From Eledone cirrhosa (Eukaryota), in the NCBI GenBank assembly GCA_964016885.1, contig OZ024743.1:296546001-296610000 (forward strand): a stretch of 64,000 nt of DNA. Direction: 5' to 3'. This document shows positions 41,270-56,219 of the stretch, piece by piece. Numbering within the stretch: position 1 is the stretch's first letter; each line of letters starts with the position of its first letter. Below the pieces are notes generated by a model, which did not search any database, had not been told where the DNA came from, and saw nothing but the letters and a program-made list of their open reading frames with translations. A program made the translations under genes and the position numbers.

Positions 41270-42290
41270 TTTTTCTTCTTCCTCCTCGTCTTCCTCTTCC
41301 TGTTCTTCTTCTTCGCCCACTTATTCCTGGGAAGGTCGTGGGAGTAGAGTTCTCAAGCACGCCTTCCAGTGGGTCTTGTCAGGAGCAAGCGTCTCCGATT
41401 TATCCGGCAGGATCCCCAATCGAGACCAGTTGAGTTCATGAACCATTTTGTTGGATCTCAAGCCAGTTAGTTCGGGATATAAAATATGTCCAGCGATTCT
41501 TTCTTGAGACATTCTAATTACATACACGTAATATGGGAGCTGTGATCTCTCAATTCGGAGAAGTAGCGGCTCTACCTGAAGCGATCTCCGAGCTACGCAC
41601 TCTGTCGAGTAACGTTACTCCAAAGACCCTTTGGAGGAACCCTATTTCGGACGTTTGACTTTTGTACCTACCTCCTTTGTTCTGACAACCGAATGCTGAC
41701 ACTGACACATTACTACACTAGCTCCTGCAATTCTTGCACTTAATTCAGTCTCCTGCCATCCATCACTCGTGTACACGGTCCCAAGATACTTGAACTTCTC
41801 CACCTGCTTCAGTGGAATTCCACTCACTGCGTGAGCTTCTTTGAGAGGACGAGTGTCTCAGTCTTCTCAGCTCTGCTTTTCATTCCTGCTGAGCAGCATT
41901 CGGTTGCAAACCTATCAAGTGCATGCCGACGATCACCTTCTGGCGAGTTAAGTAGTACCATGTCGTCCGCAAATTCCAGTCGACTTATCCAACACTCGCT
42001 AGTCACGATACCACTTCCAACCCGGCTGTACATGTCAATCCTGTCCACGATGATTATGAACAGGAGAGGTGACAGTACGCACCATTCGCGGAATCCGATA
42101 CCCACATTGAATGATTTCCGAACACAAATACTAGAGCATTCATATAGATACATCGGGGTAACAAGAAGTTGTTCACCGATCCCATACTCCTGCAGAACTC
42201 TCGCCAACAGGTCACGTAGAACGTGATCATATGCCTTTTTGAGGTCTCAGAAACAAAAATATACCTCTTGGCTATACACCTATATTTTCT
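41270..42290 (-). pseudogene. Degraded RTE-like LINE 3' part
   Basis: LSPLLFII, LEFADDMVL, VEKFKYLG; GAA-rich tail near 41270-41310. Confidence 0.8.
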
Positions 42291-42454
42291 TCAATACTTA
42301 AATGGGCGAACATTTTTTTTTTTATTTGGTCAGTAAGCTCGTTTGAACCAAAGTTTCACCAACCCTTTTTAACTATTTTTCAAATAATGTATCTCATCAG
42401 CGCCCTCATCAGTCTAGTTGATAAAAAAATGATACACTAATATATATATATATT

Positions 42455-43165
42455 TCTTATCACAAAAGAAATACGGTTTTAGGAAGCCGTAGCTATGCAA
42501 ACACCGGGGGGGCTAACGCCCTCCGGTGATGTCCAGCAGAAGCAAGGGGGACAACCGTCTATGCATTTCAGGCTTAACTGGCCTTCGTCAGGACGGTCCC
42601 TCCCACCGCTTGCGACTGCTGGACTAGAAGACAGGCGAGAGTATATAGTCTTCTCGTCTGTGTAAATGAGGTGATTAATCTCATTTGCATATGAAGCTGC
42701 ATAAGTTGGCTCAACTTATAATAAAAAGAAATAGGATTTCGCTTCAAGCATAGCTTTATACAATATGTATAAATATTTCGTATCTCAAAAGAAATACGGT
42801 TTTAGGAAGCCGTGGCTATGCAAACACCGAGGGGCTAACGCCCTCCGGTGATGTCCAGCAGAAGCAAGGGGGACAACCGTCTATGCATTTCAGATTAATC
42901 ACCTCATTTACACAGACGAGAAAAGTATATATTCTTGCCTGTTTTTTTGTCCAGCAGTCGCAAGCGGTGGGAGGGACCGTCCTGACAAAGGCCAGTTAAG
43001 CCTGAAATGCATAGACGGTTGTCCTCCTTGCTTCTGCTGGACATCACCGGAGGGCGTTAGCCGCCCGGTGTTTGCATAGCTACGGCTTCCTAAAACCGTA
43101 TTTCTTTTGCGACTCGAAATATTTACACATATTGGATAAAGCTATGCTTGAAGCGAAATCCTATT

Positions 43166-43170
<5 letters not shown>
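42455..43170. mobile_element. Retrozyme-like element: 323-bp hammerhead monomer in tandem plus an inverted copy
   Basis: Direct repeat at 42463 and 42786, inversion junction near 42893, TA flanks. Confidence 0.9.
42554..42597 (-). ncRNA. Canonical minimal type I hammerhead
   Basis: ACCGTC-CTGACGA-AGGC cagttaa GCCT-GAAA-TGCA-TA-GACGGT. The plus copy at 42976-43019 has CTGACAA. Confidence 0.92.
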
Positions 43171-43261
<91 letters not shown>

Positions 43262-43384
43262 TTGTATACATATATGTGCATGAGAGAGAGAGAGAATATT
43301 ATGCATGTATGTCTGTATGTATGTTTAGATAAAAGAGTGCCAGAGGTTTTGAAGTCTTTCAAGGCGTGTGTCAAAGAAAATGGA

Positions 43385-44880
43385 GAACTGAGTGGCTGAA
43401 GGTAAGTCGCTTTGCTTCACACCGTTCTCCACTGAAATTAGCTCTGAAAGTGTCCCATTGAAGTTCACTTTTGCTTTCATATTTTGATGGAATTAATGAG
43501 GGCATACAAGTTTCCCCAATATGACCTACAATGCACTACGATTAAGAGTATCGAACACTTTGGTAAGATCCACAAAAACTTGGTGTAGTGGCACTTGCTT
43601 CTCAACACACTTTTTCATAAGCTGATGGGCTGACAAAATCATGCCCATAGCACCCCGCCCAGTTCTTAATCTACACAGGATCTCAGGGGTGGCACCAGAG
43701 CAGATCCATTTAATTAGACGATTCAGGAAGACCTTGGATAAGACATTTCCTACTGATTCGAGCAGATTTATACTATGATAACCCCCACATTCAGACTTGG
43801 AGCCCTTGTCTTTGTAAAAAGAGAGCAAAGTTGCATCTAGCTAGACTTGTGTGACAGGCTTACCATGTCATACAGATAAGACTAGCCCATGAATGGCCAT
43901 AGCAAATTTGTTTCTTCCAAAGCGAATCGGCTCAACAGGTATTCCATCCAAACCTGGAGATTTCCCTATGATTATCTCTTTGGTAGTAGACCTTATCTCA
44001 TCAATGGTTGGATCATTCATCATTTCTGTTACAGTCTCCCTTTGTGGCAGTCCAGTAATAATTTCCTCATCAACTACAGATGGATTGTTAAAGAGATATT
44101 TAAAGTATTCAGTCCACTGATTCATGGTACCTGTTGGGTCTTTGATGAGAAAGTTTCCATCTTTTGACTTCATTGCTGCCATTTTTGAGGGCTGTGGACC
44201 AAAAACTTGCCTTATTGTGCTGTATAATGCCTAGTCTCTGTTATAAGCCCTCTGCATCTCTGCTGAAACTTCAGACCATCAGTTGTTCTTTATCTTTCGT
44301 GTTTTACTTTGCAGTTTTGATTTTGCTTCTTTTGGTTATGTGGTCAAGATGTAAGATGGATGGCTTCCTAAACAGTTATTTATGAGGAGCTGGAAAACGG
44401 TCACAGCCTGAACCAAAGAAGTGGTTTAAGGATCTCATAAAAGACAATACCTTAAAGCTCTGAAGATTGATATGGAGAACAGGGAGAGACTGGCTGAAGG
44501 CCATACAACATGGAGAAAGATCATCAAGTTTGGATGTGATGTCTTTAAGAAATAGCGAGTTGACATGCTGTTTTGACGCGTTCATTCTGTAAACGGAACT
44601 CAAGTACTGTACCTGCAAAAATCCAGTAGGAATTAAGGTGCAGTGTATGTGGCCGATTTCTTCTAACAAGAGCTGGTTTTGTCAACCATCTGAAATCATA
44701 CGAACTGGGTAGAAATCGAGATACATGGGAGATGGTTCTACCGCCACACACTCCACGGTATATTTGCAGTGACTTTGCAAGTCAGCTGGTGGACTGACAA
44801 AACATGGTAGAATGCATGAAGACACACTCTAGCCGGTATTGCCAGGAGACAGACGGTTCAAGTGCCATGCACTGGATTAT
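43385..44880. mobile_element. Degraded RTE (BovB-like) LINE with internal inversion
   Basis: Minus 43385-44300 has WTEYF, GKSPGLDGIPVE and FVDLTKVFD. Plus 44330-44880 has LPKQL and C2H2-like C-terminal motifs. Confidence 0.7.
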
Positions 44881-45119
44881 GTTAGCACAACCAATACAGT
44901 GTTTACAGTTTATATTAATCATATATTTGTGCAATGCAGTTTAAGTAATCCACTGCCAAGGTATCAGAATTAGAAGTACATGGGGGTATCTCCAGGGTAG
45001 ATGGTACTATAAGGTTGCCACTATTAGCTTTAGAGTATATATATGGGTGTGGAGATGAGGTGTAAGGTGTGCCACTGATGCTAATTGCTAGGGGTGGTGA
45101 CGGTTCCAGTCTGACATTG

Positions 45120-45522
45120 TTATATATAGGGTTTAAAGTTTTGGAAAGAGTGTCGGAAGCGGTGTTGGCAAGATGCGAACACTTCTGATTTTTTATTAAG
45201 GAGATTATGGTTAGAGAAGATGATAGTATGGGTCTCTAGTAGACAGAGGTTACAAAATTTATTAGGTGGTTTGTACGATGTTGCACCACCTACCACTTCC
45301 CATTTAAGTGTATACAGTTTATTTTTAGTTTTTAGATAGTGTATGTAGCTAGATAGTGAAGTGGAGTTGGCTAGACTGTGTTTTTTGAAAGAGTGGAGGT
45401 GCGAATTGTATCTAGTTTTGAAGCAGTTAGAAGTAGAGCCTATATAGGTTTCAGAAGAGTTGTTAGTTGTGACTGTACATGAGTATATGATATCCTTGGT
45501 TAAGCATTTTTTATCCAAAGGG
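45120..45522 (-). pseudogene. GIY-YIG endonuclease C-terminus of another PLE family
   Basis: IIYSCTV..YIGST..FKTRYNSH..CNLCLLE..LLNKKSE..CQH; the 5' side abuts a TA run. Confidence 0.8.
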
Positions 45523-45545
45523 ATATATATATATATGTGTGTGTC

Positions 45546-45589
<44 letters not shown>

Positions 45590-45596
<7 letters not shown>

Positions 45597-47845
45597 ATAC
45601 TTGGGGAGGGTCATATTTGTGTAATATTGCCAGAATTAATAACAGAACACACTCACTGTTTGGTTGGTTTTCGCTTTTCGCTTCTGTGTCTTTTATATCG
45701 GTAATCTAATTTATTCGGACCTCAATGTTGCCATTGACTGACCAACGGTCAAAAATAATACAGATACAATATAGACACAAACACATATATATAGTTTATC
45801 AAAGTTCTTTCGTTGCACATCTACAACATCGTCAGTGGTGCTATTGTTTCCTCCCGTTGCATTGTATTTTCTACGCCATCTTTATTTAGTCTGTTTATAT
45901 ATTTATTTATTTGTTTATTTTATTTTGTCTTCTTTGCGCATGCGTTTGCGTGTGTGTATAGTGTTTTGTTTGATGTGTGTTCGTGATTGGGTGACTGTGT
46001 ATTGGTTAATGTATTCTATCTTTACTAGTGTGTGTTTATATGTGTTTGTTGTTATTGTGCTTGTGTATGTATTTATTTATTTATTTATTTATCTATTTAT
46101 TTATTTATTTATACTTCTCTTAGGTCAGTGTTGTTTGTCTGGGTGTTGTTGTTATTCCATTCATTCTTTCTGTTTAGCCTTGGCCTTCTAAGTTCTATTT
46201 CACTGGTCTCTCTGATTTGCCTATCTGCTGGGTCATTTCTATGTTTAGATATTATTCTAATTTCTATGTTGTGTATGTTACCGTCGTGTTGTTGTCTGGC
46301 ATGTTCGTATAGTACTGAACCGTTTTTTCGTCCTTTTAGTTCCCACCAGTGTTGGTCTATCCTTTCACCTATGCTACGAGCTGTCTCGCCTATGAATGTT
46401 GTTGTAATGTTTCTGCAAGTACCCTCTGTACATCTTATGCTATAGACTACGTTTCTAGTTTTACAGTTTATCCGGGATTTTACCTTGCATATGATACATT
46501 TCCTATTAGTACAGTGGGTTTTCTTAAAAGCGTAGGTTTTGCTGATCAGGGATTTTATGGTGATTCCTGGCTTTTCTACCACCTTAATATTTAAGTGGGT
46601 CTTTGTCAGGACCTTTCTACACTGGTTAGCTAATTTCCCTCCAGGGGTAGCGTCCACAAACATGACACTCTGGTATCTCTGGTTGTCGTACCATGAGGTG
46701 GCTTTCCCTATCTTATGTCTAGCCCTATCTAATCTATTCCATGATTTGCTCCTGTATAATGGGCAAATTCCTTTCATGTCCAGTTCTATGAGGGTCTTTA
46801 ACTTCTCCGTGGCTCCTTTGTATACTCTGACTCTGTCTCTTTGGTTGTAGCCAGAGAACTGCATGCGGTTGATGAAGTGTTGGGTGTGTCTTTCCATTTC
46901 TGTTGGGTCGCACATGCGGGACAGGTTCTTTATCACTCGTACCAAGTCTGCGATCAGAATATTAAACTTAGCACTACTGGGCATTGCTAAGTTTTTGAGT
47001 ATCAGGTATTTGGAGGCCATGGGTTTAGCATAGTGTGAGTGGAGAATTTGGGCTCTCTCGTCTATAGTGTTAATGCAGAGTTCCGTGTCTAATACAGGTA
47101 GTCAATTGTTAGGGTGTTTGGAAGGGTAGTCGATAGTTACAGTTATACTCTGGTGTATGGAATTAGCTATCTGCTGGATACTTTCCATTGTGCTACGTTC
47201 TAAATCCAACTTGTTAGTGCTCTCTTGTGTGGATGTTCTTATAACTATATTGATATCGTCTACGTAACGAGAGTACATGATGAGGTCTATGGAGCTCTCA
47301 TTAAGGAGATCTTTAAGTCTCCTTTCCCACCATACCATAAAAAGGTTGGCAACGTCACCAGCTATGCTGACGCCAATGGCTGCTCCCTCATTTTGGGTGT
47401 AGATCTTCTCGTTGAACTTGAATATGGTAGTTTTGATACTAGGGTAGTTTTGATACTAGCCCCTATTGCATGTGCGACCATTTTTCTTACCTGATCATTG
47501 TTTTGGGGGTCCGTATAGCTTTGGTCCACCCAACCCACCTTCCCATGGGAGTCTTTTTAGCAATTGAGGTTGTGGTGGGGGGTCTACCTCTTATGGGTCT
47601 ACTGGGGCAGAAACGTCTAAGGTAGTCAGTGTCGTAGGTAAGTCTAAGTAGGAGGCCCAGTTCGTCTGTGTCGACGTTGCAGAACTCCACCTCACTCTCA
47701 ATGATCATCTCCACACATTTTTCCACAGCAAAATCAATGTTAATGGATGGGTACAGTGATACCACATCCATCTGCCTATTATGCAGTTGCAAGTATAACA
47801 ATATTTGTTTCGACAGACGATTTCATATCAAAAACCTCGCAAAAC

Positions 47846-47846
<1 letters not shown>
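45590..47846 (-). mobile_element. 5'-truncated PLE related to 31338-35843, with a short inverted end
   Basis: Broken RT (MDVVSLYPSI, YSRYVDDI) and GIY-YIG ORF 46109-47020. Plus-strand end piece at about 47790-47846; TA flanks. Confidence 0.9.
45797..45840 (-). ncRNA. Minimal hammerhead in the PLE 3' region
   Basis: cacca-CTGACGA-t-GTTGTA gatg TGCAAC-GAAA-GAAC-TT-tgata; stem I is imperfect. Confidence 0.72.
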
Positions 47847-47879
<33 letters not shown>

Positions 47880-47882
47880 ATA

Positions 47883-47984
<102 letters not shown>

Positions 47985-48047
47985 TATATATATATACACA
48001 CACACATATATATACATATATATACATATATATATATTTATATATAT

Positions 48048-48183
48048 AACTAAGGAGGTGTGGTAAGGAACCAGATGGGCCATAACGCACCAGAGTACTC
48101 AATACTTAGGGTAGTAGAGTGGGTAATAGGAAAATGTTTAACCCCGACGGCAGAGCTCTGCCGTCGGGGTTAAACATTTTCCT
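48048..48183. mobile_element. Family A fold-back element
   Basis: Perfect palindrome centred on GAGCTC at about 48153-48158. Confidence 0.85.
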
Positions 48184-48816
<633 letters not shown>

Positions 48817-48868
48817 AATATATATATGTATATATAGATATAGATATAGATAGATATATATATATATG

Positions 48869-48964
<96 letters not shown>

Positions 48965-49031
48965 AACATATATATATATATACATATATATATCATTTAA
49001 TACACATGGCAACAAAACCTATGTTTTCATT

Positions 49032-49087
49032 GATACTCAGAGTTTCATGATAGTATTAGGTTAATCGTTGCTGATCAATCTTCAACC
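49032..49087 (-). ncRNA. Probable decayed hammerhead
   Basis: TTGAAGA-ttgat...atcat-GAAA-CTCTGAG-TA; stem I is weak. Confidence 0.5.
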
Positions 49088-49093
49088 TTGTGA

Positions 49094-49300
<207 letters not shown>

Positions 49301-49532
49301 TGTGTATATGTGTGTGTGATTAACGGTATGGGGAACCTGTACCATATGGGAGAAACTCCAGAGAAACTGTGGTATTGAGTACTGCTCGCGTTGGTCAATA
49401 CTAACGTGTGTGTGAGTATGTGTGTGTACATCATTATGTCTATGTATATATATGTGTGTGTATGTATATATGTGGATGTGTGTATATATATATATATATG
49501 TATGTGTATGTATATATGTGGATGTGTATATA

Positions 49533-49686
<154 letters not shown>

Positions 49687-49973
49687 CATATATACAAATG
49701 TGTTTGTGTGTGTGTGATACCCAGATCTAAAATGCTTGGTGCCTAAAGACCAACTAAATCTAACAAAATGAGAGATGAATATCTTCAAATCTGAAATCTT
49801 ATGAATAGGGATAATTACATTTTGGCTTCAACTATATATATATATATATATATATGCGTATATACGCAGTAACATATCATACACTACATACATAGACTGA
49901 CATATTCATATACACATCCAATACCTACACATATATACGCACAAAAAATGTAGTAAATATATATGAATATGCA

Positions 49974-50036
<63 letters not shown>

Positions 50037-50039
<3 letters not shown>

Positions 50040-50526
50040 TAAACGGAATAGAAAATGCTGACAAATTGTTCACAGTTGAAAAATGGTTTAATTAGGAATA
50101 AAAGAGTCTTAGTAATTGTATAGGTTAGTATTCAGTTGTGGTTTTAAGTTTTTAAGTTTTTACCGGTTGCGCATTTCTAAATGCTTTTCAAAAATAATTT
50201 TGAGATAGAGTGTCCGTGTTGTTTGCTCTGATCTGATTAGTTTTGGGAATTCTACCTGTTTTTATGTTAAAAAAGTGGCTCCAGCGCTACTTTGGTGTTG
50301 CAAAAATTCTTGTGGTCAAAACAATTTTGATTGGTCGGTAGAGGTCATGTGAATGTAAAAAATTGATTTTGCGCCAAGACTGTTTTTATGTTAAAAAAGT
50401 GGCTCCAGCGCTACTTGGTGTTTGCAAAAATTATTGTGGTCAAAACAATTTTGATTGGTCGGTAGAGGTCATGTGAATAAAAAATTGGTTTTTCGCCAAG
50501 ATTGAGAAATGACTCTTTCACAACAA

Positions 50527-50623
<97 letters not shown>

Positions 50624-50914
50624 TGTGTGTGTGTGTAGTAGTAGTAAGGTGTTCGATGTTGTGATAATGGTTAGCAGGGATGTGTGTCAAATGGTTATTA
50701 AGATAAGTGTGTGTGTGTATGTGTGTGTGTGTGTGTGTGTATAGAAGAGTAATTCGTGGTAGCAGGGATGGTCAGTAAGAATGTGTCTGTAAGCAATGGG
50801 GGGTATTTTAGCATGTCAAAAGATATTTTTCAGCTTTTGTCTTATACGGAGAAGTGCGTGTGTGTGTGTATAAGACTCTTTGTATGTTAATGTACGCGTG
50901 TGTATGTGTGTGTG

Positions 50915-50948
<34 letters not shown>

Positions 50949-51117
50949 AGAATGTGTGTGTGTGGGGGGGGACCAGTATTTTTTTCCCCTGGTAAAATGG
51001 TGTACATTATTCGATTTTTTCAGTAAAATCGGTTCTCTTAATAGAACATCAAAAATCTTAACAATAAAAGGTGTGAAATGATATTCACTATATATATATA
51101 TAAACACATACATATAT

Positions 51118-51207
<90 letters not shown>

Positions 51208-53750
51208 TGTTTTTGTGTTGCACCATAGAGCATGTGTGTTTACGTATGTCATTGTGTTTATATGTGGGTAGAGATGTGTGCTGATGTAGGTATGTATGTT
51301 GACGTGTGTATGTTGTGGGTTCGTCTTAGGGAGAAGTGTTTAGACGGGGTCCGTATTTGTTAATAAAGTAATGAAGTAAGATTCCTTGCTGATGCGCTGG
51401 GTGTGGGTGGCATTATCTTTAAATTTGTAGAGGGGAAAGATTCTGAAGTTGTGATGTTCTTGGGCGGCACAGGTATCAATGTGTTCACTCAGTGGTAATT
51501 TCCTGTATCCTCGTATTTTAATTTGGGATCTATGGACAGTCATGCGTTGGCGGAAGCTGTTTTTGGTCTGGCCTATGTATTGTTCTCGACAACCTGAGCA
51601 AGTTAATACATATATTAGATTTTCCGATGCACATGTGAAATTGTGTTTTACTATAAAACGTTCTCCTTCTTTGAAATAGAATTCCGAACCCTCTATTAGG
51701 TTGATGCAAATGCCACAGTTGGGTCTATCGCATTTTTTTACTGTGGGTTTCGTTGTTGTGGTTGGCAGTAATTTGGCATGTGTTAGGATGTTTTTCATTG
51801 ACTTGGATTGTCTTTTGCTCTTTATGATATCGTGTGTTCGTAGGATTTGGTTCATTCTATGGTCCTTTTTCAACACAGGGATGTTCTGGAGGATGGTGTC
51901 AAAGGCCTCATTGTTGAGGGGGTTGTGTGTGGAGATGTATGGAAGAGCTTTTAGTTTCGGTTGATTTACTTTAGGGTGTCTAAGGTCCTGGGTACTGAGT
52001 TTTAGGGCACGTTGGATTCCATTGTCAATTAGTGATGCAGGGTAGTCCCTGCCTATGAGTGTGTCCTTTAGTTCTTGTAGCCGTAAGTAGCAGATGTTTT
52101 TATTGGAGACTATAGTACAGATTCTCTTGGCTAAGTTGTAGGGAATATTAATTTTAACGTGTCTAGGGTGGCAAGAGTTGAAGGGGAGATATTGTTTGGA
52201 GTCTGTGGGCTTGTAGTATATGTCTGTTTCTATTTTTTTGTTATGGATCTTAATGAAGATGTCGAGGAAGGGGAGTTGTTGATGGCTGTATTCCATCGTG
52301 AAGTTAATATTCGTGTTGAGCCCATTTATAAGGGTGTGAAATTCTTTAAGTTTTTCGATGTTTTCGTGCCATAGTCATCTAGATATCGCTTCCAGTTCCT
52401 TTCAATGGGTAAGTGGAGGGTGTTTCCAAATTTGTTTAGGACTTTAGTGTAGAGGGTGATTTCCAGGTATCCCATGACTAGGTTGGCATAAGTGGGGGCT
52501 GTTTTCGTTCCCATAGCGGTCCCAGATTTCTGCCTGTAGGGTTTGTTATTGAAAACGAAGTAATTGTTCTCCAAGATAAATTTGAGTCCCTTTATCACGA
52601 ATTCTTTTTTGATGCGTTGTGGGAGTTCATTGTGGAAATTATCCAGCCAGAATTGGATAGCTTCTATTCCTAGGTTGTTGGGGATGTTGGAGTATAGGTT
52701 GACTACATCGAACGTCACTAGTAGGGTTTGTTCAGAAAGTGGCATATTAGGGAGGTGATTGAGCATATCTAGGTCGTCCCTTATATAGCTTTTGATGTGT
52801 TTGAGGAAGGGTTTGAGAAGGGTATCAATGAAGTTGCTAAGGCGGTGGGTTTCGCAAGCGGGGCCTGCTATTATAGGTCTTAATTTGAGATCATTGGGTG
52901 AGGGGACATTGATGACTATGTCTGTGGCTTCCTTGCATGCCTTACTTATTGATTCGCTTTTATGTACCGTAGAAAAGGCTGGATTTACTTGTGAAGTCTG
53001 TGATGAAGCTGAATTCCTTGTTAGTGAGTCCTTCTTTGTATTGGTTGATTAGAGTTTTTAGGTTTCTCATAATTTTCTGTTGATTGTAGTGTTCAGCCTT
53101 TTCGTAGCATGTTTCGTTTTCCAAAGTGGAGAGCGCTAAGTTGATATAGAATTCTGTCTCTATTAGGACTACTGTACTCCCTTTATCAGCCTCTTTAATT
53201 GTAATGGTTCTGTCGGTTTTTAATCTATTTAATTCTTCCCATTCTTTCTTGTTGAGGTTTGGCTTGTGTTTTTGTCTGTGCAAGGGAAGTTTGTGATGTG
53301 TTCACAGAATTCGTCCAGGATTTTATTTCTACCTTTTGGAGGGGTGTAATTGCTTCTATTTCTGGCTAATGATTCATCCTCATTGTACTGGTCGAATAGT
53401 TGATCACTAAGTCGTAACTTTCTACAGAAGTCTGTGATGTCTTCCTTCATTTCATAGTAGTTAGGACGTAGTGGGGTCGGTGTGAATTTAAGACCTTTGG
53501 AGGGTAAGTTGATAAGGTTGGGTGTTGGTTCTGCACTAGTAAGATTGATAATTTTTATTACTATCGGTTTCTCCTCCCTGTCTTGTGTTATTTTGTTTGC
53601 CTGTATCTGTGTGCTGTGTCTAAAAAATGGTTGGGGTAGAGGGGTTGTCTGCTGATGTTAAGTGGTCTCCTGTGTTTGTTATATTCCTTGTTGTTGTAAA
53701 ATGTGGTTCGGGTTGGTGGTTGTAGATTGAATGGGGTGTTCCTGTACTGC
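50037..53750 (-). mobile_element. Penelope-like element, Neptune-like Cys linker
   Basis: KGLKFTPTP, EADKGS, RPIIAG, FDVVNLYSNIP, GTAMGT..YANL, RYLDD, LPFLDI, YYKPTD, CDRPNCGIC, LIYVLTC..YIGQT. TA flanks; ~124-bp direct repeat at 50256-50500 in the 3' region. Confidence 0.9.
50158..50194 (-). ncRNA. U3-A8 variant hammerhead-like motif
   Basis: ttt-TTGAAAA-gcattt ag aaatgc-GCAA-CCGG-TA-aaa, with A13 replaced by C. Confidence 0.55.
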
Positions 53751-54069
53751 ATATATATATATATAAACAATGAGTTATTTAATTTGTTAATTATTCAACA
53801 AATTTAATTTATAACAGATTAGAAGCACTCTCACATACATATACATACTTTCACACACACACACACACATATGTATATATATATACCACATAGACCCACA
53901 TTGTACTCTACTCCACTTTGTTAAGCCTACATAAGAAATCATTATTGAAAGGAGGCACAGTTTCTGTAACATTTATTTGTCGTTTAAAAAGTTTTACGTT
54001 AACTCATGATTTACATCATGACGTAATATTAAAACATGTTATTCTGTTACTAATTTATAATACCCCTGT

Positions 54070-54522
54070 TCTTATCAGAATTGATCAAGCAGGGAGTGCA
54101 ATAAATTCACTATAAAATGTCTGGAAGGCTCCCATCCCAATATCTACGAAGTGCAAAATCTTCAAAGCTATAGTCAAAACCATCTTACTATATGGTTAAG
54201 AATCTTGAACTCTTAGTATCGCCCACTCAAGAAGACTTGATGGTTTCTACATCAAGTTGTTATGTTTGGTGTTCAACATTTCGTGACAAAGTCACTACTA
54301 TGGTGATCTGCCACGAGTTTCATCGAATGTTCAATCCCGTCGTTTGGCTCTTAATGAACCTGCAGGGAAACTGCTTTTCTGGTCACCAGATGCAAATCGC
54401 CGAGTAGGACGTCCAAACATAACCATCAAGATTCTCACTGGACAGGATCTTCTTGCTGCGATGAAAAATCGGGAAGTCTGAAACAAGAAATTTGTGCATG
54501 CTTCATCTTCAAGGTAGAGATG
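54070..54522 (+). pseudogene. Degraded RTE-like LINE 3' fragment
   Basis: KIFKAIVKTILLYG, LLFWSP..RRVGRP, AMKNREV. Confidence 0.65.
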
Positions 54523-55275
54523 ACTCAAGAAGTTCCTACCTGGTGATATGTCTAGACGTGGCGCTTTCTTCATCTTCAAGGTAGAGATGTGTAAAGAAGA
54601 AGTTCCTATCTGGTGATATGTCTAGACGTGTCGCTTTCTTCATCTTCAAGGTAGAGATGTGTAAAGAAGAAGTTCCTATCTGGTGATATGTCTAGACGTG
54701 GCGCTCTCTTCATCTTCAAGGTAGAGATGTGTAAAGAAGAAGTTCCTATCTGGTGATATGTCTAGACGTGTCGCTTTCTTCATCTTCAAGGTAGAGATGT
54801 GTAAAGAAGAAGTTCCTATCTGGTGATATGTCTAGACGTGTCGCTTTCTTCATCTTCAAGGTAGAGATGAGTAAAGAAGAAGTTCCTATATGGTGATATG
54901 TCTAGACGTGTCGCTTTCTTCATCTTCAAGGTAGAGATGAGTAAAGAAGAAGTTCCTATCTGGTGATATGTCTAGACGTGTCGCTTTCTTCATCTTCAAG
55001 GTAGAGATGTGTAAAGAAGAAGTTCCTATCTGGTGATATGTCTAGACGTGTCGCTTTCTTCATCTTCAAGGTAGAGATGTGTAAAGAAGAAGTTCCTATC
55101 TGGTGATATGTCTAGACGTGGCGCTTTCTTCATCTTCAAGGTAGAGATGAGTAAAGAAGAAGTTCCTATCTGGTGATATGTCTAGACGTGTCGCTTTCTT
55201 CATCTTCAAGGTAGAGATGAGTAAAGAAGAAGTTCCTATCTGGTGATATGTCTAGACGTGGCGCTCTCTTCATCT
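54500..55275. repeat. 70-bp minisatellite, about 11 near-identical copies
   Basis: CATCTTCAAG recurs at 54571, 54641 ... 55201. Confidence 0.97.
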
Positions 55276-56219
55276 CATCTCATGTACACAGCGTGCATTT
55301 ACACCCCCACGCCTCTGTTTTACTATGTCTACAATGTTATCAATGGTGAATACATTTGCATATATTCATTAAAGGAAATTAAAAGCCTTCTTAGATCATG
55401 CCTGGCTATGGGGTATGCAACAATAACTGACTGACCATAGGTTTGCCTCTCCGAGGCATAAGTCTGGATGGGGTGTTTTGTGGAAGACCAGCAATCACCC
55501 ATGCATGTCTCTCCTCTCTACAACACCGATGTCGTCCAAGAGAAAAGCAAAATCCGATACATGTTAGCACCAGTGTCGTCGCAATTCACTTTTTCCAGTT
55601 GGGTGGACTGAAGCAGCGTGTCTTACTCAATTACGTAACGCACCACCCGGTTCTGGAATCGAACTCACGAGCTTACAATCATGAGCCCATCACCATGAGC
55701 AATAAGCCACACACCTTCACATTTAATCATTAATCTAAAAAAAAAACATTATAACCCGATATCGATAAAATAAAGTATCAGTTCAAGGAGTTTGGATTGG
55801 TGGAATTGTCAGCGTTTTTGATGAATTGCATTCTGTGTACAAATCGTGCTCTGGGTTACTTGGGTGTCAGATTTAATCTATCGTTGGATTTAAAACCACC
55901 TCCCGACCATTGGATGTTCTTGGCGGAGTCTATTCTGTTGCAACCATTCAGAGTAGGTCTTTGATTTGAAGATGCCTTCCTACATTCTTCCCACTTGTTA
56001 CGACGGTTCTAAAAAAAGGGAGTGATAGGCGCTGTGCTTCCATCAGTATCTGTACCATATGGGATGATGTTCTAATAAGAATACCAACCAAAAATGACTG
56101 TGCTGGAATTCTATTTCTTTTCTTTTCTCTTTTTTTTTTTTTTTTTTTTTTTCGTGAGAGAGGCTGAAATGTTCTTAGGATAGCCCATTTCCCAAATTTT
56201 TAGCACCCGCTTCATGGAG

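Noticed and set aside
42380-42420. Two CTGATGA motifs on the minus strand
   Set aside because: No convincing stem II or stem I pairing.
54500-55275. CRISPR-like regular array
   Set aside because: Units are contiguous with no unique spacers, there are no cas genes, and the context is eukaryotic.
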